Shown: positions 10,499 through 19,316 of the stretch, piece after piece | How positions within the stretch are numbered: position 1 is the stretch's first letter | Layout of the letters: the number at the start of each line of letters is the position of its first letter | NCBI RefSeq assembly: GCF_001457595.1 | Contig: NZ_LN831039.1 | Location: 2,730,001 to 2,762,000, forward strand | Direction of reading: 5' to 3' | Length of the DNA stretch: 32,000 nt | Source: Mycolicibacterium smegmatis | Lineage (GTDB): Bacteria; Actinomycetota; Actinomycetes; Mycobacteriales; Mycobacteriaceae | The notes under the pieces: generated by a model | Seen by the model: only the letters and a program-made list of their open reading frames with translations | The model's database searches: none | Told to the model about the DNA's origin: nothing | Program-made: the position numbers and the translations under genes

Positions 10499-11194
10499 AT
10501 GACCAGCCTGCGGCGGGGGACGAGGCGGTCGGTTGCAGTGCTCGTGGGAGTGCTCGCGGTGCTGGCCGCGTGCTCACTGACCGCATGCGCCACTGTGGTC
10601 ACGGGCACGGCCACGTGGCCCGGCGCGACCATGGACCGGGTTTTGCTCACTGCCGCGGATTTTCCGCAGGGCGTGCAGTACGACCGCATCGTCGAAGACG
10701 CAGGGGAGCCCGACGGATCCGGGGGACCGCCCGCCATGCTGTCCGCGCCGGAAGGCTGCACCGACGGTCTCACGCGCGTCATCGCCGGCTCGGCCGAACG
10801 CGGCCCTGGTGCCGCGGGCAAGTTCATCGCGGCCTACGACGGGGCCCGGATGGTCGTCACGGTGCTCAGTTCGCCGCTGCCGCTCGACCGTCTCGACGCC
10901 ACCGCGCAACGGTGCGCGCAGTTCCGGGCCTTCTTCGACCCGTCCGACGAGGGCATCCCGATCACCACCACCAGGCTGCAGGCACCGCGGTCGTCGGCGT
11001 TGGTCTACCGGCAGACCATGCGGCTCAACGACGTCGACGAGAGCGTGTACTTCGGCTTCGAAAATGTCGGCGGCTGGTCGGTTTTCGGTATCGCGTTCCC
11101 CACGCCCAACCCGTCGATCGCGGCGAAGGCGACCCTGCCCGAGACCTTCCTCGAGGCGTTCTTCAAGCAGGTCGAGCGCGTCGAGGCCCGCTGA
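10499..11194 (+). CDS. Putative secreted lipoprotein of unknown function (DUF5642-like)
   Basis: N-terminal signal with lipobox LTAC; WPGATMDRVLLTAADFPQG; alpha/beta sensor-like C-terminal region. Confidence 0.65.
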   Translation: MTSLRRGTRRSVAVLVGVLAVLAACSLTACATVVTGTATWPGATMDRVLLTAADFPQGVQYDRIVEDAGEPDGSGGPPAMLSAPEGCTDGLTRVIAGSAERGPGAAGKFIAAYDGARMVVTVLSSPLPLDRLDATAQRCAQFRAFFDPSDEGIPITTTRLQAPRSSALVYRQTMRLNDVDESVYFGFENVGGWSVFGIAFPTPNPSIAAKATLPETFLEAFFKQVERVEAR

Positions 11195-11267
11195 GCAACC
11201 GCTGACGCTTGCGTTGGGACACCCTGATTTCGTGACGCCGCCGCCATCGGGACGGTAGGTTGGCCGA

Positions 11268-11831
11268 ATGCTGACCACCGTGGAAACGATTGACGGCTTC
11301 CCCATCGCCGTCGACGTCGCCGGGCCCGACAAGGGTTCGAATGTGGTGCTGCTCAGCGCCGGTCACCACGGCCCCGGAGCCTATGAGGGCATCTGTCAGC
11401 GCCTGCACACCGCATCGCTGCGCACCGTCGTCATCTCTCCGGACCCCCGCCTCACCGCCAAGTCCGTTGTGGGCATTCTCGATGCATTGGGAATCAAATG
11501 GTCTTTGCTGGTGGGTGATCGGCTGGGCGGCGAACTCGCGTGGGAACTCGCCGCGACCCGGCTCGACAAGTTCGTCGGCCTGGTCGTGGTGGACCGCGGG
11601 CATCCCCGCGTCGCCGATCCCACCGGCGTCATCCGTGACCCGCACTGTCCGCCCGTCGAGATGAACACGACCGCGTTGGTCAGCACGCCTGCGGCCCGCG
11701 CGGTGGCCAAGGCCAGCCAGCGCTACGTGTACGGCGACTTCCGGCTCGTCGAGATGCTCGGGCGGCGCAACGCGCAGGACACCACGGCACAGTTGGCCGC
11801 CGAGATCGTGCTGCGTACCAGCACCTGGTAG
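11268..11831 (+). CDS. Short alpha/beta-hydrolase-like protein lacking the canonical nucleophile-elbow serine
   Basis: 187 aa; VVLLSAGHHGPGAYEGICQRL and ...SLLVGDRLGGELAWELAA...VGLVVVDRGHPR pattern; the GxSxG position reads GDRLG. Confidence 0.65.
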   Translation: MLTTVETIDGFPIAVDVAGPDKGSNVVLLSAGHHGPGAYEGICQRLHTASLRTVVISPDPRLTAKSVVGILDALGIKWSLLVGDRLGGELAWELAATRLDKFVGLVVVDRGHPRVADPTGVIRDPHCPPVEMNTTALVSTPAARAVAKASQRYVYGDFRLVEMLGRRNAQDTTAQLAAEIVLRTSTW

Positions 11832-11832
11832 A

Positions 11833-13662
11833 TCATTCGGGCCGGATCGGCGTCTCCGACGGCGTCCAGGCCTGAGGCAGGCCCGGCTGCTGCGGGAACA
11901 GGAAGTCGACGAACGCCGCGGCCGTGGGCTGCGGTTCGTGGTTGGCCAGCCCGGGCCGCTCGTTGGCCTCGATGAACACGTATTCGGTGCCCCGCACATC
12001 CGGCACCAGCAGGTCGATGCCGGTGACGGGGATGCCGATCGCCTCGGCCGCGCGCACACCCACCCGGCACAGCTCCGGGTTCACTTCGGCGGTGACATCG
12101 TGGATCGTGCCGCCCTGGTGCAGGTTCGCGGTGCGGCGCACCCGCAGGCGTTGACCCTCGGGCAGAACGTCGTCCAACGACCACCCGGCCTCGGCGACCG
12201 TCGAGGCGGTCACGTCGTCCATCGGGATGCGGGACTCGCCGCCGGTGGCAGCGGCGCGGCGGCGGCTCTGGGTCTCGATGAGCTCGCGGATGGTGTGTCC
12301 ACCGGTGCCGACGATCTCGGCGGGCCTGCGGATCGCGGCGGCCACGACCTTGCCGTCGATCACCACGAGTCGCAGATCGTCGCCTTTGGCGCGTTGCTCG
12401 ATGAGCACCTCGGGATGCTGCTCGCGGGCCCGGTGCAGGGCCGCGTCGAGTTCCTCGGGGCTGCCGACGCCGACCGTGATGCCCTTGCCCTGCTCGCCGC
12501 GCGTGGGCTTCACCACGACGTCGCCGACCTCGGCGAGGAACTTGTGGTCCGCCTCGTCGAAGGTCGCCAGCCGGCCCTTGGGAACCGTGATGCCGGCGTC
12601 GGAGACGATGCGGCGGGTCTGACGCTTGTCGTCACAGCGGCTCATTGCGACCGCGGAGGTGAACTCCGACAAGGATTCCCGCGTGATGACAGTGCGGCCG
12701 CCGTGCGACAGCCGCATCTCTCCGGCGCCCGCGTCGAGCACCTCGACCCAGATGCCGCGGCGGATGGCCTCGTCGGCGATGATGCGCGCGTACGGGTTGA
12801 GATCGTCGACGGTCTCGGGGGGATGCGTGAACAGCGGTTCGTTGATCGCGTTCTTGCGTTTGACCGCCAGCACCGGCACCCGCTGGAAACCGAGCTTCTC
12901 GTACAACCCGATCGCCGCGGCGTTGTCGTGCGCCACCGACAGATCCAGGTAGGCACGGCCCCGCGCGTGCAGCATGCCCGCCAGTGTCCGGGTCAGCGCG
13001 GCGCCCACACCGGGCAGGCTCGCGGCCGGATCCACCGCGAGGCTCCACAGGCTCGAACCGTCCTCGGGATCGTCGAACAACTGCTTGTGGTCCACACCGG
13101 TCACGGTGCCGACGATGCTGCCGTCGTCGTCGCGGACCGCGACGAGGTAGATCACCGCAGGGTTCTCGGTGTGGTTGCGCCAGATGACGTCCACCGGGGC
13201 CGGAACCATGCCGCACCGCACGTACACGCGGTTCATCGAATCGGCGTCCTCGGGTGACTCCAGTGTGCGCACCGTGAACCCGATCGGCTCGGCGGGCGGC
13301 AACTCGCCGGTGAACCGCTTGCGGTAGGTGTGGCTGGGGTCGATGAACAACTCGGCGGGGGAGCGCGCGACGAGCACATGGGACTCGCGCGCGTAGATGC
13401 AGATGTCGCGACGGCCCGGCCGCTCCTGCTGCAGCGCCTCGGCGAGCTTCTCCGGATCGGCGAAGGTCTGGCCGAAGATCAGCCTGCCCCAACCGAGTTC
13501 GAGCTCGACGTCATCGGCCATCGCATCGACGAGGTGTTGCGGTGAGGCGTCGTGCAGGCCCATCGTGATGGCCTCGGTGTGGTCTTCGACCGGCGGTTCC
13601 GGGTCCGGTGTGGAGGCCGGTGCGGGTGCCGGGGCGGCGGCGTCCGGCTCGAGCGCGGTCAT
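11833..13662 (-). CDS. ngg: N-acetylglutaminylglutamine synthetase (GNAT + ATP-grasp fusion; trio_acet_GNAT family)
   Basis: 609 aa: GNAT segment YLDLSVAHDNAAAIGLYEKLGFQRVPV followed by ATP-grasp segment VVKPTRGEQGKGITVGV...VFIEANERPGLANHEPQP; ATG overlaps upstream asnB-like stop (ATGA). Confidence 0.88.
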   Translation of the reverse strand: MTALEPDAAAPAPAPASTPDPEPPVEDHTEAITMGLHDASPQHLVDAMADDVELELGWGRLIFGQTFADPEKLAEALQQERPGRRDICIYARESHVLVARSPAELFIDPSHTYRKRFTGELPPAEPIGFTVRTLESPEDADSMNRVYVRCGMVPAPVDVIWRNHTENPAVIYLVAVRDDDGSIVGTVTGVDHKQLFDDPEDGSSLWSLAVDPAASLPGVGAALTRTLAGMLHARGRAYLDLSVAHDNAAAIGLYEKLGFQRVPVLAVKRKNAINEPLFTHPPETVDDLNPYARIIADEAIRRGIWVEVLDAGAGEMRLSHGGRTVITRESLSEFTSAVAMSRCDDKRQTRRIVSDAGITVPKGRLATFDEADHKFLAEVGDVVVKPTRGEQGKGITVGVGSPEELDAALHRAREQHPEVLIEQRAKGDDLRLVVIDGKVVAAAIRRPAEIVGTGGHTIRELIETQSRRRAAATGGESRIPMDDVTASTVAEAGWSLDDVLPEGQRLRVRRTANLHQGGTIHDVTAEVNPELCRVGVRAAEAIGIPVTGIDLLVPDVRGTEYVFIEANERPGLANHEPQPTAAAFVDFLFPQQPGLPQAWTPSETPIRPE

Positions 13663-15464
13663 GCCGCGCTCCCGGTGATGCCGTGACGCTGCAACCACAA
13701 CTCCAGCAGACCGATCTGCCACAACTCGTTGCCGCGCAGCGGCGTCAGCCTGCCGTTGGGGTCGGCGAGAAGCCGTTCCACCGCCTCGGGCCGGAACAGC
13801 CCGCGCTCTTTGGCCTCGGGCGCGTACAGCGCGTCGCGCACCATGTTGAGGTACGGCCCCTCGAGATGGGTCAGCGCGGGCACCGGGAAGTAGCCCTTGG
13901 GCCGGTCGATCACCGCGGCCGGGATCACCCGTCGCGCAGCCTCTTTCAGCACGCCTTTGCCGCCGTGGGCGGTCTTGAGTTCGGGCGGGCAGGTCGCCGC
14001 GAGTTCGACGAGTTCGTGGTCGAGGAACGGCACCCGGCCCTCCAGGCCCCACGCCATGGTCATGTTGTCGACACGCTTGACCGGATCGTCGACCAGCATC
14101 ACCGTGGTGTCCAGGCGCAGCGCCCGGTCGACGCCGGTCTCGGCGCCCGGCGCACCGAAGTGGTCGGTGACGAACACGCCGCTCGGATCTCCGTCGACCC
14201 GGTACGCGTCGCTGATGAGACTCGCGACGCCCGCGCTGTCGCGGTCGAAGAACGCACCGCGGTAGCTGTTCACCGCGCCGTCGAGCGATGCGGCGGCCGG
14301 CTCGGCCATCGGCGGATACCAGTGGTAGCCCGCGAATACCTCGTCGGCGCCCTGACCGGACTGCACCACCTTGACGTGCTTGGCCACTTCCTGGCTCAGC
14401 AGATAGAACGCCACACAGTCGTGGCTCACCATCGGTTCGCTCATCGCCGCGATCGCACCGTCGAGTGCGGGCAGCATGCGCGCGGTGTCGATGCGGATCT
14501 GGTGGTGGTCGGTGCCGAAGTGCTGGGCGACGATGTCGGAGTACTTGAACTCGTCGCCTGCGACACCGTTGACGGATTCGAAGCCGATGGAGAAGGTCTT
14601 GAGCCCGTGCTGGCCCGCCTCGGCGAGCAGGCCCACGATCAGGCTGGAGTCGACCCCGCCCGAGAGCAGGCACCCCACCGGTACGTCGGCCACCAGGCGT
14701 CGCTCGACGGCTTCCCGAAGTGACTGCAGCACTGCGTCTTCCCAGTCCCGCTCGGACCAGTCGGCACGTTCGGCGCGCCGCGAGAAATCGGGCGACCAGT
14801 AGACCGTGGTGCGCTGCGTCCCGTCGGGCTCGATCGCCACGATCGACGCGGGCGGCACCTTCTTGACGCCGCGCAGGATCGTCCGTGGCGGCGGCACCAC
14901 CGAGTGGAACGTCAGGTAGTGGTGCAGCGCGACCGAGTCGATCCCGGTGTCGACACCGCCGCCTGCCAGCAGCGCGGGCAGCGACGACGCGAACCGGATG
15001 CGGTCGCCCGTCTCGCTGAGGTACAGCGGCTTGATACCGAGCCGGTCGCGACCCAGCAGCACCCGGCCGGTGTCACGCTCGGCGATCGCGAACGCGAACA
15101 TCCCCTTGAGGTGTTCCACGAAACGATCACCCCAGTGGTGATAGGCCTTGATCAGCACCTCGGTGTCGCTGTGGGAGAAGAACCGGTACCCGTGCCCGGA
15201 CAGCTCGGCGCGCAGTTCCTTGTAGTTGTAGATGCAGCCGTTCCAACAGACGGCCAACCCCAGTTCGGGGTCGATCATCGGTTGCGCGCCCGCTTCGGTC
15301 AGATCAATGATTTTCAGTCGTCGGTGGCCCAGCGCTACCCGCCCCTGCGACCACACGCCCGCCGCATCGGGTCCCCTGGACGACATCGTCTCTGCCATGG
15401 CCGACACCGCGCCGATATCTGGTGTCCGGCCATCGAGACGCACCTCTCCGGTGGCTCCACACAT
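13659..15464 (-). CDS. Asparagine synthetase-like N-acetylglutaminylglutamine amidotransferase (NAGGN biosynthesis)
   Basis: 601 aa: Cys2 glutaminase N-terminus MCGATGEVRLDG, PP-loop LLSGGVDSSLIVGLL, pairing with GNAT/ATP-grasp gene. Confidence 0.9.
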   Translation of the reverse strand: MCGATGEVRLDGRTPDIGAVSAMAETMSSRGPDAAGVWSQGRVALGHRRLKIIDLTEAGAQPMIDPELGLAVCWNGCIYNYKELRAELSGHGYRFFSHSDTEVLIKAYHHWGDRFVEHLKGMFAFAIAERDTGRVLLGRDRLGIKPLYLSETGDRIRFASSLPALLAGGGVDTGIDSVALHHYLTFHSVVPPPRTILRGVKKVPPASIVAIEPDGTQRTTVYWSPDFSRRAERADWSERDWEDAVLQSLREAVERRLVADVPVGCLLSGGVDSSLIVGLLAEAGQHGLKTFSIGFESVNGVAGDEFKYSDIVAQHFGTDHHQIRIDTARMLPALDGAIAAMSEPMVSHDCVAFYLLSQEVAKHVKVVQSGQGADEVFAGYHWYPPMAEPAAASLDGAVNSYRGAFFDRDSAGVASLISDAYRVDGDPSGVFVTDHFGAPGAETGVDRALRLDTTVMLVDDPVKRVDNMTMAWGLEGRVPFLDHELVELAATCPPELKTAHGGKGVLKEAARRVIPAAVIDRPKGYFPVPALTHLEGPYLNMVRDALYAPEAKERGLFRPEAVERLLADPNGRLTPLRGNELWQIGLLELWLQRHGITGSAA

Positions 15465-15559
15465 CAGTTCGACCCTACAAGGGTGGCGGCCCGATGTCTC
15501 ACGCCTGACAATTTCGGGACCTGCGCAGCCGGCATCTCAGAGCACTTCACGACCGGTAT

Positions 15560-15586
15560 TTACCTTTTTGATCAAGTCGCTAAACC
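15560..15586 (-). promoter_or_regulatory. Candidate SigF/SigB-like promoter for the NAGGN operon (GGTTT-N16-AGGTAA)
   Basis: Minus-strand GGGGTTTAGCGACTTGATCAAAAAGGTAAATACC about 96 nt upstream of the asnB-like ATG; one mismatch to the generic mycobacterial GTTT-N15-17-GGGTA pattern. Confidence 0.3.
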
Positions 15587-15674
15587 CCCGTTCGGGCATC
15601 CGCGTTTGCCAGATCTGCAGCCTCGTGCGCGGATCGCCGTCCGCACTCGCCGTTCGGCCTCTATTGGTAGGTTC

Positions 15675-15758
15675 GCCGACCTTTTGTGCGTGACATTCGG
15701 GCGTATTCGAGGGACGATCTTCACGTCGTTGTGTTCATGAACGGGTGCAAAGGTCGGC
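15675..15758. repeat. 10-bp perfect inverted repeat GCCGACCTTT / AAAGGTCGGC separated by 64 nt
   Basis: Arms 15675-15684 and 15749-15758 in the 5' region of glnA4. Confidence 0.55.
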
Positions 15759-15816
15759 TTGACGTCAGCAGAACGGACGATCGGTCACCCGGAAAGCACC
15801 GAGAGGAAGGTGCACG

Positions 15817-17190
15817 ATGAGCCGTAACCCCGGCATGCTGACACAGGACGAACTTGTGCAGCTCGTCACAGACGGTGAGATCGACACGGTGATCGTCGCG
15901 TTCTGCGACATGCAGGGCAGGCTGACGGGCAAACGGGTGTCGGCTCGGCTGTTCGTCGAAGAGGTCGCCGCCAACGGCTGCGAGTGTTGCAACTACCTGC
16001 TTGCCGTGGACGTCGACATGAACACCGTCGACGGATACGCGGTCTCGAGTTGGGAGACCGGCTACGGCGACATGGTGATGACGCCCGACTTCTCGACGTT
16101 GCGCCGCATCCCGTGGTTGCCCGGCACGGCCATGGTGATGGCCGATCTGTCCTGGCTCGACGGCAACCCTGTCGCGGTCGCGCCGCGCAGCATCCTCAAC
16201 CACCAGATCGACCGGCTCGCCGAACGCGGACTCGTGCCCTTCGTGGGCACCGAGTTGGAGTTCATGGTGTTCGACGACAGCTTCCGGCAGGCCTGGTCGT
16301 CGGGATACCACAACCTCACCCCGGCCACCGACTACAACGTCGACTACGCCATCCACGCCTCCACCCGCATGGAACCGTTGCTGCGTGACATCCGCCGCGG
16401 CATGGAGGGCGCCGGCATGTACTGCGAGGGCGTCAAGGGCGAGTGCAACCTGGGCCAGCAGGAGATCGCGTTCCGCTACGACCGCGCCAGGGTGACGTGC
16501 GACAACCACACGATCTATCGCAACGGCGCCAAGGAAATCGCCGACCAGCACGGCAAGAGCCTCACGTTCATGGCGAAATACGATGAACGCGAAGGCAACA
16601 GCTGCCACATCCACATCTCGCTGCGCGGGGCGGGCGAGAACGGCGACGCGGTGTTCGCCGACGAGTCCGACCCGCACGGGATGTCGCCGTTGTTCCGCAG
16701 TTTCATCGCGGGCATCCTCGCGACGCTGCGTGAGCTCACCCTGTTCTACGCGCCGAACATCAACTCCTACAAGCGGTTCGTGGACGGCAGCTTCGCGCCC
16801 ACCGCGGTGGCGTGGGGCTTCGACAACCGCACGTGTGCGTTGCGCGTCGTCGGGCACGGCCACGGCATGCGCGTCGAGTGCCGCGCGCCCGGCGGCGACG
16901 TCAACCAGTACCTCGCGGTGTCGGCGCTGATCGCGGGCGGGCTCTACGGCATCGAGCGTGACCTCGAACTCCCCGAACCGATGGCGGGCAACGCCTACAC
17001 CAGCGGGGCCGAGCGGCTGCCCACCACCCTGGCCGAGGCGGCCGATCTCTTCGCGAAGTCCGAGGTGGCGCGCGCGGCGTTCGGGGACGACGTCGTCGAG
17101 CACTACCTGAACTACGCGCGCGTCGAGATGGCGGCGTTCAACGCGGCCGTGACGGACTGGGAGAGGGTGCGCGGTTTTGAGCGACTCTGA
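15817..17190 (+). CDS. glnA4: Glutamine synthetase-like gamma-glutamylation enzyme (GlnA4 type)
   Basis: 457 aa; FVGTELEFMVFDD, GECNLGQQEIAFRYD, FMAKYDEREGNSCHIHISL, NSYKRFVDGSFAPTAVAWGFDNRT; strong RBS GAGAGGAAGG. Confidence 0.92.
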   Translation: MSRNPGMLTQDELVQLVTDGEIDTVIVAFCDMQGRLTGKRVSARLFVEEVAANGCECCNYLLAVDVDMNTVDGYAVSSWETGYGDMVMTPDFSTLRRIPWLPGTAMVMADLSWLDGNPVAVAPRSILNHQIDRLAERGLVPFVGTELEFMVFDDSFRQAWSSGYHNLTPATDYNVDYAIHASTRMEPLLRDIRRGMEGAGMYCEGVKGECNLGQQEIAFRYDRARVTCDNHTIYRNGAKEIADQHGKSLTFMAKYDEREGNSCHIHISLRGAGENGDAVFADESDPHGMSPLFRSFIAGILATLRELTLFYAPNINSYKRFVDGSFAPTAVAWGFDNRTCALRVVGHGHGMRVECRAPGGDVNQYLAVSALIAGGLYGIERDLELPEPMAGNAYTSGAERLPTTLAEAADLFAKSEVARAAFGDDVVEHYLNYARVEMAAFNAAVTDWERVRGFERL

Positions 17191-17926
17191 TTCATCCGAA
17201 CTGCGTCCCGTCATCGGGATGACCACCTATCTGCAGCAGGCGCAGACAGGCGTGTGGGATGTGCGCGCGAGCTTCCTGCCGCAGATCTACTTCGCCGGTG
17301 TGAACCTCGCGGGAGGTATCGCGGTGCTGTTGCCCCCGCAACCCGTCGACGGCGACGTGGCCGACCGTGTGCTCGATCGGCTCGACGGACTGGTGATCAC
17401 CGGCGGGCCCGACGTCGACCCGGCCCGCTACGGGCAGAAACCGCACCCGAAGACCAATGAGCCCGCGCTCGAGCGCGACGAGTGGGAGTTCGCGCTCCTG
17501 TCGGGAGCGTTGGCGCGCGGCATCCCGGTGCTGGGGGTCTGCCGCGGCGCCCAGGTGCTCAACACCGCGCTCGGCGGCACGCTGCACCAGCACCTGCCCG
17601 ACGTCATCGGGCACACTCACCACCAGAAGGGTGACGCGGTCTTCGGCACGTCCGATGTGCGCACCGTGTCCGGCACCCGGCTCGCCTCGCTGATCGGTGA
17701 GAGCTCCGATGCCCAGTGTTACCACCACCAGGCCATCGACCGGCTCGGGGAGGGGCTCGTGGTCAGCGCGCGCGACACCGACGGGGTGATCGAGGCCGTC
17801 GAGGTGCCCGGTGAGGCGTTCGTGCTGGGCGTGCAATGGCACCCCGAAGAGCGCCTCGATGATCTGCGGCTCTTCCGCGCCGTGGTGGAGGCGGCCAGAA
17901 CGTATGCGACAGAGAGGGTCTCATGA
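17177..17926 (+). CDS. Class I glutamine amidotransferase / gamma-glutamyl-GABA hydrolase-like (PuuD family)
   Basis: GLVITGGPDVDPARYG, VLGVCRGAQVLNTALGGTLHQHLPD, CYHHQAID, VLGVQWHPEE; TTG start overlaps glnA4 end. Confidence 0.92.
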   Translation: MSDSDSSELRPVIGMTTYLQQAQTGVWDVRASFLPQIYFAGVNLAGGIAVLLPPQPVDGDVADRVLDRLDGLVITGGPDVDPARYGQKPHPKTNEPALERDEWEFALLSGALARGIPVLGVCRGAQVLNTALGGTLHQHLPDVIGHTHHQKGDAVFGTSDVRTVSGTRLASLIGESSDAQCYHHQAIDRLGEGLVVSARDTDGVIEAVEVPGEAFVLGVQWHPEERLDDLRLFRAVVEAARTYATERVS

Positions 17927-19278
17927 CAGCGTGCCAGGTGATCAACCCCGCGACCGAGCAGGTGCTGACCACCGTCGAACTGCTCGGCGAGGCGGCCGTC
18001 GACGACGCGGTGGCGCGTGCGACGGTCGCGCAACGCCGGTGGGCCGCGCTCGCACCTGCCGAGCGGGCCGCGGCGCTGCGCGCCTTCGCCGCCGCCGTCG
18101 ACGCCCACATCGACGAACTCGCAGCGCTGGAGGTGTCCAATTCGGGACATCCCATCGGGCAGGCCGAGTGGGAGGCCGGCCACGTCCGAGACGTGCTGAA
18201 CTTCTACGCGGCGACCCCGGAACGCCTGTCCGGCAAGCAGATCCCGGTCGCCGGTGGTCTGGATGTGACGTTCAACGAACCGCTGGGTGTCGTCGGGGTG
18301 ATCACACCCTGGAACTTCCCGATGACGATCGCGGCGTGGGGGTTCGCGCCCGCGCTCGCGGCCGGCTGCGCCGTGCTGCTCAAACCGGCCGAGTGGACAC
18401 CGCTGACCACGATCCGGATCGGCGAGATCGCCCGCGAGTCGGGATTGCCCGAGGGCCTGTTCCAGGTGCTGCCGGGTAAGGGTTCGGTGGTGGGGGAGCG
18501 CTTCGTCTCCCACCCCGGCATCCGCAAGGTGGTGTTCACCGGTTCCACCGAGGTCGGCCGGCGCGTGATGGCCGGGGCCGCGGCGCAGATCAAGCGGGTC
18601 ACCCTCGAACTCGGCGGCAAGAGCGCCAACATCGTGTTCGAGGACTGCGATCTGGAGAAGGCCGCGGCGACCGCGCCGTACGGCGTGTTCGACAACGCCG
18701 GGCAGGACTGCTGCGCACGCAGCCGGATCCTCGTGCAGCGCAGCGTCTACGACCGGTTCATGGAGATGCTGGAGCCCGCCGTCAAAGGCGTGGTGGTGGG
18801 TGACCCGTCGGTGCGTGACACCGAGATGGGGCCGCTGGTGTCACGTCCGCACTGGGAGTCGGTGCATTCCTACGTGCCCGACGACGCACCGGTCGCGTTC
18901 CGCGGGTCGGCTCCCGACGGGCCCGGATTCTGGTTCCCGCCAACGGTCCTGACCCCGTCACGCGATGACCGCACGGTCTCCGAGGAGATCTTCGGCCCCG
19001 TGGTGACGGTGCTCCCGTTCGACGACGAGGCCGACGCGATCGCGGTGGCCAACGACACCGCCTACGGGCTCTCCGGCTCGATCTGGACCGACAACGTGTC
19101 GCGGGCGATCCGCGTCTCGCGTGCCATCGAGGCCGGCAACCTCAGCGTCAACTCGCATTCCTCGGTGCGCTACAACACCCCGTTCGGCGGCTTCAAGCAG
19201 TCGGGCCTGGGTCGCGAACTCGGCCCGGATGCGCCACTGTCGTTCACCGAGACCAAGAACGTCTTCATAGCCGTCTGA
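17923..19278 (+). CDS. NAD(P)-dependent aldehyde dehydrogenase (AldC-like)
   Basis: VITPWNFPMTIAAWGFAPALAAGCAVLLKPAE, VTLELGGKSANIVFEDCDL, NAGQDCCARSRILV; ATGA overlap with preceding gene. Confidence 0.95.
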   Translation: MTACQVINPATEQVLTTVELLGEAAVDDAVARATVAQRRWAALAPAERAAALRAFAAAVDAHIDELAALEVSNSGHPIGQAEWEAGHVRDVLNFYAATPERLSGKQIPVAGGLDVTFNEPLGVVGVITPWNFPMTIAAWGFAPALAAGCAVLLKPAEWTPLTTIRIGEIARESGLPEGLFQVLPGKGSVVGERFVSHPGIRKVVFTGSTEVGRRVMAGAAAQIKRVTLELGGKSANIVFEDCDLEKAAATAPYGVFDNAGQDCCARSRILVQRSVYDRFMEMLEPAVKGVVVGDPSVRDTEMGPLVSRPHWESVHSYVPDDAPVAFRGSAPDGPGFWFPPTVLTPSRDDRTVSEEIFGPVVTVLPFDDEADAIAVANDTAYGLSGSIWTDNVSRAIRVSRAIEAGNLSVNSHSSVRYNTPFGGFKQSGLGRELGPDAPLSFTETKNVFIAV

Positions 19279-19316
19279 CAACTCGTCCGAAAACTCGCAG
19301 CAGAGGAGATCTCCCG

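Noticed and set aside
13660-14673. Upstream extension of the ngg ORF (946 aa total)
   Set aside because: The N-terminal 337 residues are a shadow frame overlapping the asnB-like gene. MTALEPDAAAP at 13662 with the ATGA overlap is the credible start.
11938-14723. Long plus-strand ORFs (439 aa and 371 aa) opposite ngg and the asnB-like gene
   Set aside because: They are high-GC antisense artefacts. The minus-strand proteins have recognisable catalytic motifs and coupled starts and stops.
15465-15816. GlnR box (GTnAC-N6-GnAAC-like) upstream of glnA4
   Set aside because: Only weak partial matches such as GTCACccggaaaGCACC are present, below the level I would call.
15721-17226. 501-aa minus-strand ORF antisense to glnA4
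   Set aside because: This is a shadow frame of a well-supported glutamine synthetase-like gene, with low-complexity basic composition.
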